Counted from the stretch's first letter, positions 1 through 13,890 are shown. The stretch: 64,000 nucleotides of DNA from Hemiscyllium ocellatum (GCF_020745735.1 NC_083449.1:4376923-4440922); one strand, 5' to 3'. The notes: generated by a model not told the origin, from the letters alone. A program made the numbers and translations.

Positions 1-2286
1 GTGGAGGCGGAGGAATTGGGAATACAGGATGGCATTTTTGCAAGAGATAGGGTGGGAAGAGGTGTAATCCAGGTAGCTGTGGGAGTCGGTGGGTTTGTAA
101 AAAATGTCAGTGTTAAGTTGGTCATCATTAATGGAGATGGAGAGGTCCAGGAAGGGGCGGGAGGTGTCAGAGATGGTCCAGGTAAATTTAAGGTCAGGGT
201 GGAATGTGTTGGTGAAGTTGATGAATTGCTCAACCTCCTCGCGGGAGCACGAGGTGGCGCCAATGCAGTCATCAATGTAGCGGAGGATAGATGGGGAGTG
301 GTGCCGGTGTAATTACGGAAGATCAACTGTTCTACGTAGCCAACAAAGAGACAGGCATAGCTGGGATCCATACATGTGCCCTTTGGTCTGGAGGAAGTGG
401 GAGGATTCAAAGGAGAAATTGTTACGGGTGAGGACCAGTTCGGCCAAACGAATGAGTGTCGGTGGAAGGGTACTGTTGGGGGCGTCTGGAGAGGAAAAAA
501 CGGAGGGCTTGGAGGCCCTGGTCATGACGGATGGAGGTGTAGAGGGATTGGATACCCATGGTGAAGATAGGCATTGTGGGCGGGGGAAACGGAAGTCTTG
601 GGGAGGTGGAGGGCATGGGTGGTGTCTCGAACTTATGTTGGGACTTCCTGGACTAGGGGGGACAGGACAGTGTTGAGGTAGGTAGAGATGAGTTCGGTGG
701 GGCAGGAGCATGCTGAGACAATGGGTCGGCCAGGGTGGTCAGGCTTGTGGATCTTGGGAATGAGGTATAACTGGGCAGTGTGGAGTTCCTGGACTATGAG
801 GTTGGAAGCTGTGGGTGGGAGATCTCCTGAGGTGATGAGGTTCTGGGAGATGATAGTTTGGTGATGGGGAGTGGGGTCATGGTCGAGGAGGCAGGAGGAA
901 GAGCTGTCCTCGAGTTGGCGTTTAGCTTCAGTGGTGTAGAGGTCAGTGCGCCAGACTACCACTGCACCCCCTTTATCCACTGGCTTAATGGTGAGGTTGG
1001 GATTGGAGCAGAGGGATTGGAGGGCTGCGCGTTGTGAGGGTGAGAGGTTAGAGTGGGGGAGGGGGGTAGACAGGTTAAGGTGGTTAATGTCCCGGCGGCA
1101 GTTGGAAATGAAGAGGTCGAGGGCAGGTAATAGGTCAGCGCGGGGTGTCCAGGTGGATGCAGCGTGTTGGAGGTGGGCGAAGGGGTCCTCGGAAGGTGGG
1201 CGGGAATCCTGATTGTGAAAGTAAGCTCGGAGGCGGAGGCGACGGAAGAATTGTTCGACATCACGGCGTGTATTAAATTCATTGATGCGTGGACGGAGAG
1301 GGATGAAGGTGAGTCCTTTGCTGAGGACTGATCGTTCGTCCTCAGTGAGGGGGAGGTCTGGAGGGATGGTGAAAACTCGGCAGAGCTGGGATCTGGTGTG
1401 GGTGTGGAGCTGGGAGTGGGGTCGGAGCCAGTACCAGGAGTGGGTGTGATGGTGGGGGGAATGGGGGTGGAGTCATGAGCAGGGGTAATGTGCCTCTCAG
1501 GGTTCTGGGGGGTGTGGAGAGTGATAGTGGGGTCTGTGGGAGGCGTGTCAGCAGACTGCAGGTGAGTGGCGCTGGTGGGTGCGGAAGTGGTGGCAGAAAT
1601 AGCAGTAGGGGTGGCGGAAGTCACTGAGCGTGTGGCATCAGCGATGATGTGAGGGCCGGAAGTGGCTTTGGGAGTGGCCATGATGGGGGCGGAAGTGATA
1701 TCATCAATCAGCGTGGGAGTGGAAGCTGCATCAGCCGCATAGCTAATGGCGTTTCCGAGGCTGGGGGAATCTTCTGGAATGTTTGAGGAGTGCTGGTTAT
1801 GGAGGTGGGTGGATAAAAGTTTGTTGTACTTACAGTTTTTGATGTTTGAGATGGAATTGAAATACTGTTTGTTGAGAGTATGAATTCTCCTAAGGATGTA
1901 GTACAGAGTGGCTCCTTTGCAATTCTGAGAGAGTGTGGCCCTCAGGTGAGGCAGTGCTGACTGGAGAGAGGTTGGGTGCCAGCGCATTGCTGCAAGCGTG
2001 GAGCGGAGGATCCTGAAAGAGAACTGTTGCTGGTGTTTTTGAATCTGTAGTCTGTACTGTGTGTCCTGTTCGGGTCCGAACTCTGCTGGTTTAAAGGTGG
2101 TTCGGAGTCCGTGTGGGATGAATTGGTTACGGAGGCAGGGACTGAGGAAGCAAATGTGGCTGTGGTACCGAGTTTGTTTCACGACATGGTTGAAGAGCTT
2201 CAGGGCAGAGGAAATGACCTGGGAGTTGCAGTGGGAGAGGGACTCCCTGAGATTCTTGTAGAGAGAGGAGGAAAACTTCTTCAAGG
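1..2286 (-). mobile_element. Penelope-like retroelement, frameshifted N-terminal region and RT
   Basis: Minus-strand ORFs 956..2284 and 633..980 (DKGGAVVVW...IPKIHKPDHPGRPIVSACSCPTELISTYL) and RT fragments (LAELVLTRNNFSF) typical of Penelope/Poseidon RT; runs off the window start. Confidence 0.85.
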
Positions 2287-2617
2287 CTCATTGAGGAGCA
2301 TTTACTCAGAGTGCAAGAGGTTTGTTTGAAACAGACCGCAATGGAGAGATCAGCGCCCAGGGAAGTGAGGGAAAGCAGGCTCCTTCCAGCAACACATTGG
2401 GATGGGAGCCCGGGACACAGAGGGGGCTCCGAGACCGGGATGGATTTGGGGTGAGTTCAGGGAGAACCGGGGCTGTTTGTAAGAGGCCGAGCGGAGCAGG
2501 AACTGGTCCCGGAACTTGGAGTGAGCGGGCTGGGGGAAAGAGAGAGGCCTTTCTCGGGCTGTGTGTGGGCCTACTGAGGGAGGCAGAGCGGGAAGAAGCT
2601 ACTGTGGGACATTCTTG
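2287..2617 (+). pseudogene. Decapitated + strand copy of the first exon and GC-rich intron start of the histone-linked divergent gene
   Basis: Near-identical to the reverse complement of 25221-25511 and 41030-41358; the donor ACTCA|GTGAGT has become ACTCAGAGT; the upstream promoter is replaced by the Penelope element. Confidence 0.65.
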
Positions 2618-2943
2618 TGGTTTTTCATTCCCTAAACACTGATGGGAATTCTGTTTGGCTTCTGTTTCCTGCTGTTTGTTGATATTGGGCTGTGAATATT
2701 ACATAATCCTGCACGGACCATAATTTTGTGACAATCCTATAAAGGACATGTGTTAGAATGAACAGATTTGAAGTTTCGAGTGAAGCATTAGACATAGCGT
2801 GCCTTGTTCTTTCCTTCAACATTTAGTATATTGGCAGTTTGCTATTGATGCATTGCAGCTGCTTCAGGAATTCTCATTCATGGAGGACAACAGATGTTAG
2901 TTCTGGATCTCACCCAATTGCCACAAAGTTGCAAATAAAACAA

Positions 2944-3014
2944 ACGGACACCAGGAGCAACTCAGGGAAAAGAGTGGAATCAAAATCTGGTTCTGTTTGA
3001 ATTGCTAGGTTTGA
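2944..3014 (+). pseudogene. Degenerate copy of the ~22-codon DKEQL..PWFCLNC small-ORF module
   Basis: ACG GAC..CAG GAG CAA CTC AGG..GTG GAA TCA..TGG TTC TGT TTG AAT TGC TAG; homologous to 18893-18961. Confidence 0.5.
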
Positions 3015-3092
3015 AAATACCCTAATGATTATTAACTGACTGCCACACTGATCAGTTTAATCTTGCCTAACTTGGCATATGTTGATTTACAG

Positions 3093-3199
3093 CTGAAAAA
3101 TCTTGTCTTCTGCCAAGCAAATATTTGAATGATGAAGACAAATGTCATATTTCTTCAGTACAAAGCCAAGTGTGACCAGCTGTTTCTAACAAACAGCAG
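3093..3199 (+). other. 107-nt exon-like module
   Basis: ttgatttacAG acceptor with upstream CTAAC and CAG|GTATGT donor; homologous to six minus-strand copies. Confidence 0.55.
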
Positions 3200-4539
3200 G
3201 TATGTCAAAGCAGAGAACATCCTTTCCACATGCACAGAGCAGATTGGATCAGACTTAGTTTGAGCTCAATTTCCAGAGATATATCCAAACAAGCAAATAG
3301 TCAGACTCAACTGCGGAAAGACAAGTTTCTTTTTTTCTCTGCATTCTCCATCAACATATTCCCGGTTTCAATTAATATGATTCACAGGCCATGAACATTC
3401 ACAGCAAGTTTGAAGATGACTGGTTGTTTAAAGTAGGCAATTGGTGTACTAAATCAAGTTTACATTTTAAAAGGGCATTTTAAATGTCACAAACCGGATA
3501 AACAATGACATCGTGCTTTTACATAGTTTCAATAGCCATATGTGATGAGTAGTGAATCATTACTGAGAACACACACACATATACAAAGGTACTGACTGAT
3601 TCAGATTGAACCACCAAGTCAACACACAAGATACAGAGACTAACAGCGATGTACACACATTTACATTGTAGGAAACAGAAATGAATATATACAAAATGTT
3701 TACACAAAAACAAGCGACTAAATCCCATTCAGGCAGCATTCCATTTCAATAAGGGTGTCAAGGCAGCAGAGGAGCTGCCAATCCCACCTTGATCTCAACA
3801 TCATTCTCAACATATTCACCTTGCTGGGATAAAAATTAAATTTTCACTCTGCCCAGTATTAATTTATTTTTATTTAAAAATGTGTAACTCGGTCTCCAAA
3901 TTCACTTTACCTTCTACGAAGAATCCCAAATGTCCCACCCTATGAAATATTACAAAAAAGCAAGAAAATAGTGTCATATCATCAATTTAACAATATAATC
4001 AAATAATTACCCTTTAAATCAAACAAAGGAATTTAGCCAAATCTTGTAATTTGAAAATTCTCATTCTTTTTGCAGGAAGAGTTCAACCATGTTCAATAAA
4101 TTTGCCTGAATGATTTAAATCTTTTCCAATGTATGACAAAAATACAAGTCTTTTCACTTTCCTCATTGCCACCACAGATCATCAGGAGAGTACTGCTAAC
4201 GGCTTGCACCGTCACACCACAGAGCAGGATTATGTAATATTCACAATAGAATAATGAAGTGAAGTAGCCAATTCTCTTTCCTGTAGCAGAACATTGTGGT
4301 CAGTCGGCTACAATACAATTTATTTGTTCACTTCCCTTTCCGTGAGACATTACCAAAGGAATGTAACGCCTGTCTATTTCTCAGCATTATTCACAAAAGT
4401 ACGTAGCTATGCTGATGAAAAACTGATGACATCCTGAAGAACAGCCCATGGGATCATTCCTCCCAGTTCGAGTCTGCTCTATAGGAGTTGGAAAGCCCTT
4501 TAATTTTCTATTGCGCAGTCCATGACACAAAACAAATGC

Positions 4540-5545
4540 ACTGAGCAGAAACTGACAGGTACAGATTGATAAGTGCACTCACACATTCACATAGCTGAAA
4601 TTGACAGGCACAGATTAATATCTAAATTTAGAGTCACAAAGAAGCTGGCCTGTGTAGTTTGGTGACTGGACTTATGCATTCACAGAGCAGTCAGATTGGT
4701 AACTATATTGCGATGTTCACATTGCAGAAAAGTGCATGTACAGATTGCTAACTGCACGCTGTAACACATACAGTAGAAATCAACAAGGAGAAATTGAGAC
4801 CGATATTGACACATCAGAACTGGCAGGTACAAATTGGTAAGCACATTCACATAGAAGCTGATAGGGTAACATTGATAAATGCACTCACACATTCACATGG
4901 TAGACACTGATAGTTACAGATTAATAACTGCACACTCAAATACATAGAGCTGAAACTGACAGGAACAAATTAGTAAATACACCCTGACATTCACATTGTA
5001 GTGACTGACAGGGGTAATTACTGACAGAAAAAACTTGATAACAAATGTATCATGTTCACGAAGCAGAAACTGACAGGAACAGATTAACAATAACACACAG
5101 TTTCATATTGCATAAACTGACAAGTAATTTTTGGTAACTAATCTCACAGTTTCACACAGGTATCGGACAAGTATAGATCAATTACAATACTCAGTTTGAC
5201 AAGCAAAAACTGACAACTACACTCTTACGTTCAACTCCTATTCACATGGCAGAAACAGTTACAGCTTGATATCTACTCACCCATTCATATTACAGTAACT
5301 TACTGGGACAGACCGATGATGACACTCACACATTTATATGACAGAAACTAACAGAGGTTCAGCTCCATAACTAACATCACATATAGATGTTGGAGAAGCT
5401 GACAGCTAGAGACTGATAATTATACTCTCATTCACATTGCAGAAACTGAGATGGATAACTGCACCCACATATTCATTAAGAAACTGACAGGTACAGATTT
5501 GATAACCACATTCAGATTGCAATAACTGACAGGAACAGTTTGACC
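4540..5545 (+). repeat. Degenerate ~47-bp minisatellite array (GCAGAAACTGACAGGTACAGATTGATAACTACACTCACATTCACATA-like)
   Basis: GCAGAAACTGACAGG / GATTGATAACT / CATTCACA recur at about 45-50 bp spacing. Confidence 0.8.
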
Positions 5546-5682
5546 TTCCCTATGAGATAGTCCCAAAAAAGTAATAAAACAATGCCATTTATTCAAATTA
5601 TCAATACAGCTCCCTTCAACATTATGGAATATAATTGATCAGGTCCCAGAATTTGAGACACATTTACGTTTTTTTAACTGCA

Positions 5683-5935
5683 GTCTCACAGTACCAGGGA
5701 CCTGGGTTCAATTCCTGCTTTGGATGACTGTCTGTGTGGAGTTTGCACATTCTCCCTGTGTCTGCATGGGTTTCCTCCCACAGTCCAAAGATATGCAGGT
5801 CAGGTGGATTGGCCATGCTAAATTGCCCCTAGTGTTAGGTGTGTTAGTCAGAGGGGAGTGGGTTACTCTTTGGCGGGTCGGTGTGGACTTGTTGGGCCAA
5901 AGGGCCTGTTTCCACATTGTAGGGAATCTAATCTC
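5683..5935 (+). mobile_element. HE1-type tRNA-derived SINE, 5'-truncated
   Basis: GGTTCAATTCC B-box, TGTGTGGAGTTTGCACATTCTCCC core and AATCT tail. Confidence 0.85.
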
Positions 5936-6011
5936 ACAGATTTTAAAAGGCACCAAGCCTAGAAATAAAAAATAAAAAGGTAAAGGCCAAAACGGAAATG
6001 AATATTTAAGT

Positions 6012-6338
6012 GGGCGGCACGGTGGCACAGTGGTTAGCACTGCTGCCTCACAGCGCCTGTAGACCCGGGTTCAATTCCCGACTCAGGCGACTGACTGTGT
6101 GGAGTTTGCACGTTCTCCCCGTGTCTGCGTGGGTTTCCTCCGGGTGCTCCGGTTTCCTCCCACGGTCACAAAGATGTGCGGGTCAGGTGAATTGGCCGAG
6201 CTAAATTGCCCATAGTGTTAGGTAAGGGGTAAATGTAGGGGTAGGGGTATGGGTGGGTTGCGCTTCGGCGGGTCGGTGTGGACTTGTTGGGCCGAAGGGC
6301 CTGTTTCCACACTGTAAGTCTAAGTCTAAGTCTAAATC
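6012..6338 (+). mobile_element. HE1-type SINE, full length and young
   Basis: GGGCGGCACGGTGGCACAGTGGTTAGCAC A-box head, GGTTCAATTCC B-box, V-SINE core and (TAAGTC)n tail. Confidence 0.92.
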
Positions 6339-6342
6339 TCTT

Positions 6343-6475
6343 GCACCCAGAGTAAACCCACACAGACCCTGGGAGAATGTGCAAACTCATGCAGACAGTC
6401 ACCTGAGGCTGAAATCGAATCCAGGTCCCTAGCGCTGTGAGGCAATGGAGCCAATTGCTAAGCTACTGTGCCATA
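6343..6475 (-). mobile_element. HE1-type SINE 5' fragment
   Basis: Reverse complement of the SINE head and core (GGGAGAATGTGCAAACTC...GCGCTGTGAGGCA). Confidence 0.75.
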
Positions 6476-6494
6476 TAATGTACCACATTATACA

Positions 6495-7129
6495 AGAATA
6501 TTCACACTGCAGAAACTGACTGGCACAGATTGATTACAACACATGTATGTTCACAGAACAAAAACTGACAGTTACAGATTGATAACTACATTTTCATATT
6601 CACATTGGAGAAAAGGACACGTATGATTTAATGAATACATTTGCATTTTTACAAGCAGAAACATTCAGGGATATATTAGTAACAGCATTCATACATTCAC
6701 ATATCTGAAACTGATAAGTACAGATCAAAAATTAAACTTGCTTATTGACGTAGCAGAAACTAAGACACACAGATTGATACTTGCACTCATACATTCAGAT
6801 AGCAGAAACTGACAGGCACAGATGGATAACTATATTCACATAGCAGAAACTGACAAGAACTTTCCCATCGCATAACCCATCAAGTAACGACTTATTACTA
6901 CACTTTCAAATTCACAGAAGGAAAATCACACTGTCATGTACAGTTTGATAACGATACTCAAACATAACAGATCAGAATCTCACAGGTACATATTGGTAAC
7001 TACACTCTCTCATTGACCCAGCAGAAATTGACACATGCAGACTGATAATTATACTGACACATTCACAGCACAAACTGACAAGAACAGATTGACAACTACC
7101 CTCATTCATTTATGTAGCAGGAACTAATA
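6495..7129 (+). repeat. ~47-bp minisatellite array
   Basis: Same GCAGAAACTGACAGG unit. Confidence 0.75.
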
Positions 7130-8957
7130 GGTAGTGCAGGAGTCTTCTGTGGCTATCCCCATTGCAAACAAGTATGCTGTTTTTGAAAATGTAGGGAGTG
7201 ATTGGTTCACAGGGGAACGTAGCACAAACAGCCAAGTTTCTATTATTGAGACTGGCTCTAATGCAATGAGAGGTACGTCGGGTTCCAAGAGATCAATTGT
7301 GTTAGGGGACTCTCTAGTCTGACGTACAGACAGATTTTTCTGTGGTCAGCAGTAAAAAATCAGAATGGTGTGTTGCTTCCTTGGTGCCAGGATCAAGGAT
7401 GCCTCAGAGGATGCGGAATGTTTTCAAGGGAGAGTGAGGCCAGCAGTAGTTCATTGTCCACATTGGAACCAATGACACAGGAAGGGAAAAGGTTGAGATT
7501 CTGAAGGGAGATTACAGAGAGTCAGGCAGGAATTTAAAAAGGAGGTCCTTGAGTGTAGTAATATCTGCATTACTCCCAGTGCTACGAGGTGGTGAAGGCA
7601 GTAGTAGGAGGATAGAGCAGATAAATGCATGGCTGAGGAGCTGGTGTATAGGCAAAGGATTCACATTTTTGGATCATTGGAATTTCTTTTGGTGTAGAAG
7701 TGACCTGTACAAGAAGACAGATTGCACCTAAATTGGGACTAATATACTGGCAGGGAGATTTGCAAGAGCTGCTCGAGAGAGTTTAAACTAGTAACATGGT
7801 TGTTGGGGGTGGGTGGGACCCAGGGAATTAGTGAGGAAAGAGATCAATCTGAGACTGGTACAGTTGAGAACAGAAGCGAGTCAAACAGTCAGGGCAGGCA
7901 GGGACAAGGTAGGACTAATAAACTAAACTGCATTTCTTTCAATGCAAGTGGCCTAACAGGGAAGGCAGATGAACTCAGGGCATGGTTAGGAAGATGGGAG
8001 TGGGATATCATAGCAATTACAGAAACATGGCTCAGGGATGGGCAGGACTGGCAGCTTAATATTCCAGGATACAAATGCTACAGGAAGGATAGAAAGGGAG
8101 GCAAGAGAGGAGGGGGAGGTGGCATTTTTGATAAGGGATAGCATAAAAGCTGTACTGAGGTAAGATCCACCCAGGGAAGCTATTTGGGTGGGACCGAGAA
8201 ATAAGAAAAGAATAATCACCTTATTGGGATTGTGTTTTACACCCCCTAATAGTCAGAGGGAAATTGAGAAACAAACTTGTCAGGAGATATCCGCTATCTG
8301 TAAGAATAATAGGGTGGTTATAGTAGGAGATTTTAACTTTTCAGATTTGTTAAGTGTACAAGAACATTTTCTGATTCAGTATGTGGATGTACCTAGTAGA
8401 GAAGGTGCAAAACTTGACCTACTCTTAGAAATAAGGCAGGGCAGGTGACTGAGGTGTCAGTGGGTGAGCACTTTGGGCCAGCGACCATAATTCTATTAGA
8501 TTTAAAATAGTGATGCAAAAGGATAGACCAGATCTAAAAGTTGAAGTTCTAAATTGGAAAAAAAGCCAATTTTGATGGTATTAGACAAGAACTTTCAAAA
8601 GCTGATTGGGGGCAAATGTTCACAGGTAAAGGGAAGCCTTCAGAAATGATATAACGAGAATCCAGAGAAAGCATATTCCTGTTAGGATGAATGGAGAGGC
8701 TATTAGGTAGGGAATGCTGGATGACTAAAGAAATTGAAGGTTTGGTTAAGAAAAAGAAGGAAGCATATGGAAGGTATAGACAGGTTAAATTGAGTGAATC
8801 CTTAGAAGAGTATAAAAGCAGTAGGAGTATACTTAAGAGAGAAATCAGCAGGCAAAAAGGGGACGTGAGATGGCTTTGGCAAATAGAATTAAGGAGACTC
8901 CAAAGAGTTTTTACAAATACATTAAGGACAAAAGGGTAACTAGGGGGAGAATAGCAC

Positions 8958-8997
<40 letters not shown>

Positions 8998-10760
8998 CCC
9001 CAGATCACCAAGGCATCCTTGTGTGGAGCCGCAGAAAATGGGGATATACTAATTGAGTATTTTGCATCAGTATTTATTGTGGAAAAGGATATGGAAGATA
9101 TAGACTGTAGGGAAATAGATGGTGACACCTTGAAAAATGTCCATATTACAGAGGAGGAAGTGCTGGATGTCTTGAAATGCATAAAAGTGGATAAACCCTA
9201 TGGACCTGATCAGGTGTACCCTAGAACTCTGTGGGAAACTAGGGAAGTGATTGCTGGGTCTCTTGCTGAGATATTTGTGTCATCAATAGTCACAGGTGGG
9301 GTGCTGGAAGACTGGAGGTTGGCAAACGTGGTGCCACTGTTTAAGAAGTGTGGTAAGGACAAGCCAGGGAACTATAGACAGTGAGCCTGACATCGGTGGT
9401 GGGCAAGTTGTTGGAAGGAATCCTAAGGGACAGGATGTACATGTATTTGGAAAGGCAAGGATTGATTAGGGATAATCAACACTTTTTGTGCGTGGCAAAT
9501 CATGTCTCACAAACCTGATTGTTACTTCTTCAAAAAACTCAAAGAGGATTGATGAGGGCAGATCAGTAGATGTGATCTATATGGACTTCGGTCAGGCGTT
9601 TTGTGAAGGTTCCCCATGGGGGACTGGTTATCAAGATTAGATCTCATGGAATACAGGGAGAACTAGCCACTTGGATACAGAACTGGCTCAAAGGCAGAAG
9701 ACAGAGGGTGGTGGTGGAGAGTTGTTTTTCAGAATGAAGGTCTGTGACCAGTGGAGTGCCACAAGGATCAATGCTGGGTCCTCTACATTTTATCATTTAT
9801 ATAAATGACTTGGATGCGACCCTAAGAGGTATCGTTAGTAAGTTTGCAGATGACACCAAAATTGGAGGTGTAGTGGACAGCGAAGAGGGTTACCTCAGAT
9901 TCCAACAGGATCTTGATCAGATCAGCCAATGGGCTGAGAAATAACAGATGGAGTTTAATTCAGATAAATGTGATCTGTTGCATTTTGGGTAAGCAAATCT
10001 TCGCAGGACTTGTACCTTAATGGTAAGGTCCGAGGGAGTGTTGCAGAACGAAGAGACCTTGGAGTGCAGGTTCATAGCTCCTTGAAAGTAGAGTCACAGG
10101 TAAATAGGATAGTGAAGAAAGCATATGGTATGCTTACATTTATTAGTCACTGTATTGAGTACAGGAGTTGGGAGGTCACTTTGCAGCTGTACAGGACATT
10201 GGTTCGGCCACTGTTGGAATATTGTGTATAATTCTGGTGTCCCTCCTATCAGAAAGGTGTCGTGAAACTTGAAAGGGTTCAGAAAAGATTTACAAGGATG
10301 TTGCCAGGGTTAGAGGATTTAAGCTATTGGGAGGGCTAAACAGCAGGGGCTGTTTTCCCTGGAGTGTCGGAAGCTAGGGGTGACATTATAGAGGTTTCCC
10401 AAATTTTAAGGGGCATGGATAGGATAAATAGACAAAGTCCTTTCCCTGGGGTGGGGAAGTCCAAAACTAGAGGGCATAGGTTTAGGATGAGAGAAGAAAG
10501 ATATAAAAGAGACTTAAGAGGCAACGTTTTCACACAGAGGGTGATACATATATGGAATGAGCTGCCAGAGGAAGTGGTGGAGACGGGTATAATTGCAACA
10601 TTTAAGAGGCATTGGATGGGTATATGAGTGGAAAGAGTTTGGAGGAATATGGGCCGAGTGCTGGCAGGTGGGACTAGATTGGGTTGGGATATCTGGTCAG
10701 CATGGACAGGTTGGACCAAAGGGTCTGTTTCCTTGCTGTACATCTCTGACTTTGTGACTG
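7130..10760 (+). mobile_element. CR1 LINE, near full length and decayed (ORF1 SGNH esterase-like; ORF2 APE endonuclease and RT)
   Basis: Fragments [51 protein letters not shown] and a CR1 3' UTR with degenerate tail; many stops and frameshifts. Confidence 0.92.
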
Positions 10761-12895
10761 AGAGGTACAGATGATAACCACTAATTGCATATTCATAGAG
10801 CCGAATGTTCCAATACTGGGCTCACACATTCACATTACAGAAATTGACGTACATTTTGATCAAGGCATTCGGACATTTCCAAACCAAAAACTTACAGCTA
10901 CATGTTCATATCAACATTCTCTCACACAGACAGCAGAAACTCACAGGGATACATTGGGAAATACACATACACATTCACATAGTGGTAACTGACATGTCCA
11001 TATTGATGACTATATTTGGATTTCACAAAGCAAAGACAGATTGATAACTGCACCATATTCACAGAACATAATCTGACAGGTAGAAATTAATAACTATACT
11101 TCTATAAGCAGATAGTTGAAACTGACAGGTTTACAAATTGATAACCTCATTCACCATATTCACAACACAGATACTGACAAGGAATGATTGATATATGCAT
11201 TAACATATTCACCAAGCAGAAACTGACTGGTACAAATTGATAACTAAACTCACATGTTGAAATAACATAAGTTGAATGTTGCAGACTTATAGCTCATACT
11301 GCCAGATATTGGTTGAGATGTACACTCTCATTCACATAGCAAAAACTGGCAGGTATAGTTTAATTACTTCCTCAGATATAAGAAGGAAACACTGACAGGA
11401 ACAGATTACACTCTTCTCATCAAATAACAGAAAATCACATGTACAAACTAATAACAACACTTCCACTTTCACATAACATAAACTTGCAGATTCAGTTTGA
11501 TAAGTACACTCAATTTTACATAGAATCTGACAGGTAGAGATTGAAAATTCTATCTCCATATGACTCACACATTGACTTGGCAGAACAGATAGGCATACAT
11601 TCAAACCTGTGGTCCCATACTTACGTTGACAAAACTGACTGGTATACTACAGTATAGATAGAGAAAATTTCCTGACAAGTATAATTTGATAAAGACATAC
11701 ATACGGCAGAATGTATTCATCACAACACTGTCTCACCGAGCAGAAACTGATGGGGAAATATTAATAAATGCACTCATATATTCACATTGTAGAGACTGAC
11801 AGGAAGCATTGCTTCCAAATTTCTCATATTCACACAGTGGAATTGGTCGGGGATAGACTGACATTTTCGCACACATATTCAGCCAGAAAAACTGACAGGT
11901 ATGGATTGGTAACTACATTTGCAGATGCACATACATTTCGACAGGGACAGATCAAAACTAAACTCTCAGAAAACCTCAATGCAGAATCTGACAGATACAA
12001 AATGATGAATGCATTTATACATTCAAAAAACCAAAAACTGATAGTTACTAATTGATAATTAAAAACTCTGATTCGGAGAACAGAAACTGAGGAAAGATTG
12101 ATCAATTCACTTTCATATTGCAAAGACTGGCAGCAATAGTTTGATAAATACACCCACAAACACAGAGCAGAAACTGATAGGTACAAATTGATAACCACAC
12201 ACGTATGCACGTAGCAGAAAGTGACATAGACAGATTGGTAACTACAGTCACATGTTCTCATTGCAAAAACTGACAGCGACACATTGATTGACAACTACTT
12301 GTTGACATGGTTAGGTGAATTAGCCATGCTAAATTGCCCGTAGTGTTAGCTGAATGGGTAAATGTAGGGGAATGGGTCTGGGCGGGTTGCTCTTCGGAGG
12401 GTCGGTGTGGACTTGTTGGGCTGAAAGGCCTGTTTCTACACCGTAAGTAATCTAATCTAATGACAAAACTGACAGGCAGAGACGGAAAATGACAGCCACA
12501 TTTACACAGCAGAATCTAACAGGCACATATTGATAATTGCATTCTCACATTCACTTTGACTGAAACTGACAGGTATATGTTGATAAATGCATTCACCTAT
12601 TAACAAACCAGAAACTGACTGGTGCAGGTTATTCCTGACACTCTCACATTAACAGAGCAGTTACTGACAGGGATAGGCTGGTCAATAAACTCACACGTTG
12701 ACATTGTACAGACTGACAAATTCATATTTGGAACTGTATTTTGACATTTACAAATAGAGATGGATAACTCAATGCAAATATTCATACAGAAGAAACTGAC
12801 AGGTACAAATTGATAGCTACATTTACATATCCACGAAACAGAGACTGACTGGAACAAATTGAAAAATACATTCTCATTGCAGAAATGGACAGTGC
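10761..12895 (+). repeat. ~47-bp minisatellite array, interrupted by a SINE
   Basis: Same repeat unit, resuming directly after the CR1 tail. Confidence 0.78.
12310..12461 (+). mobile_element. HE1-type SINE 3' half
   Basis: GGTGAATTAGCCATGCTAAATTGCCC...GTCGGTGTGGACTTGTTGGGC...TAATCTAATCT. Confidence 0.85.
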
Positions 12896-13237
12896 TTTCA
12901 GCTACAGGGTTATGGGGTAGGTGCAGGAAGATGGGATTACCATGGCCATCTAGTGTATTTGTGTTGGAATGAACAAGATAGGCCAAATGGCCCCTTTATG
13001 TATAATTTCATTGCAATGGATCGGTAGTTGTACATCAATCTGTCCCTGTGAAGCACTGTTATGTGAATACATAAGTAATATATAAGAAAACACAAGTAAT
13101 TTCAGAAAGGCTTAGAGGGACAAAATGTGAGAGAGGGACACCTCACTCAATTGGTGTTGAATTAACAAAAAGAAAAATCACCAGACATGGAGCAAAGGGC
13201 CTGTTTCCACACTGTAGATTATCTAATCTAATCTCAT

Positions 13238-13890
13238 CTAAGGTCACCCCTCCACCTCCACTCCAGCCAAAACAGCCTATTCAGCTTCTCCCCATAGCTC
13301 AAATCCTCCAACCCTGGCAACAACCTTGTAAATCTTTTCTGAACCCTTTCAAGTTTCACAATATCCTTCTGATAGGAAGGAGATCAGAATTATACACAAT
13401 AGTGAAACAGTGGTCTAACCAATGTCCTGTACAGCTACAAAGTGACCTCCCAACTCCTGTACTCAATACAGTGACCGATAAAGGAAGGCATACCAAATGC
13501 CTTCTTCGCTATCCTATTTACCTGCGACTCCATTTTCAAGGAGCTATGAACCTGCACTCCAAGGCCTCTTTGTTCAGCAACACGCCCCAGGACCTTATCA
13601 TTAAGTATATAAGTCCTGTTAAGATTTGCTTTCCTAAAATGCTGCACCTTGCATTTATCTGAATTAAACTCCATCTGCCACTTCTCCGCCCATTGACCCA
13701 TCTGATCAAGATCCTGTTGCAATCTGAGGATAACCTTCTTCGCTGTCCACTACTCCTCCAATTTTGGTGTCATCTGCAACTTACGAACTATACCTGTTAT
13801 GGTCGCATCCAAATCGTTTATATACATAATGAAAACTGGTAGACCAAGCACCGATCCTTGTGGCACTGTGCTGGTCACGGGCCTTCAGCC
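13238..13890 (-). mobile_element. CR1 RT C-terminal fragment
   Basis: ORF 13435..13722: QDLDQMGQWAEKWQMEFNSDKC. Confidence 0.88.

Noticed and set aside
956-2284. 442-aa Thr/Pro-rich ORF as a host mucin-like gene
   Set aside because: It is contiguous, via frameshifts, with Penelope RT motifs and belongs to the retroelement.
4540-5545. CRISPR-like array or Cys-rich coding repeat
   Set aside because: Eukaryotic context; the whole unit is degenerate with no unique spacers, and the ORFs over it are short and inconsistent.
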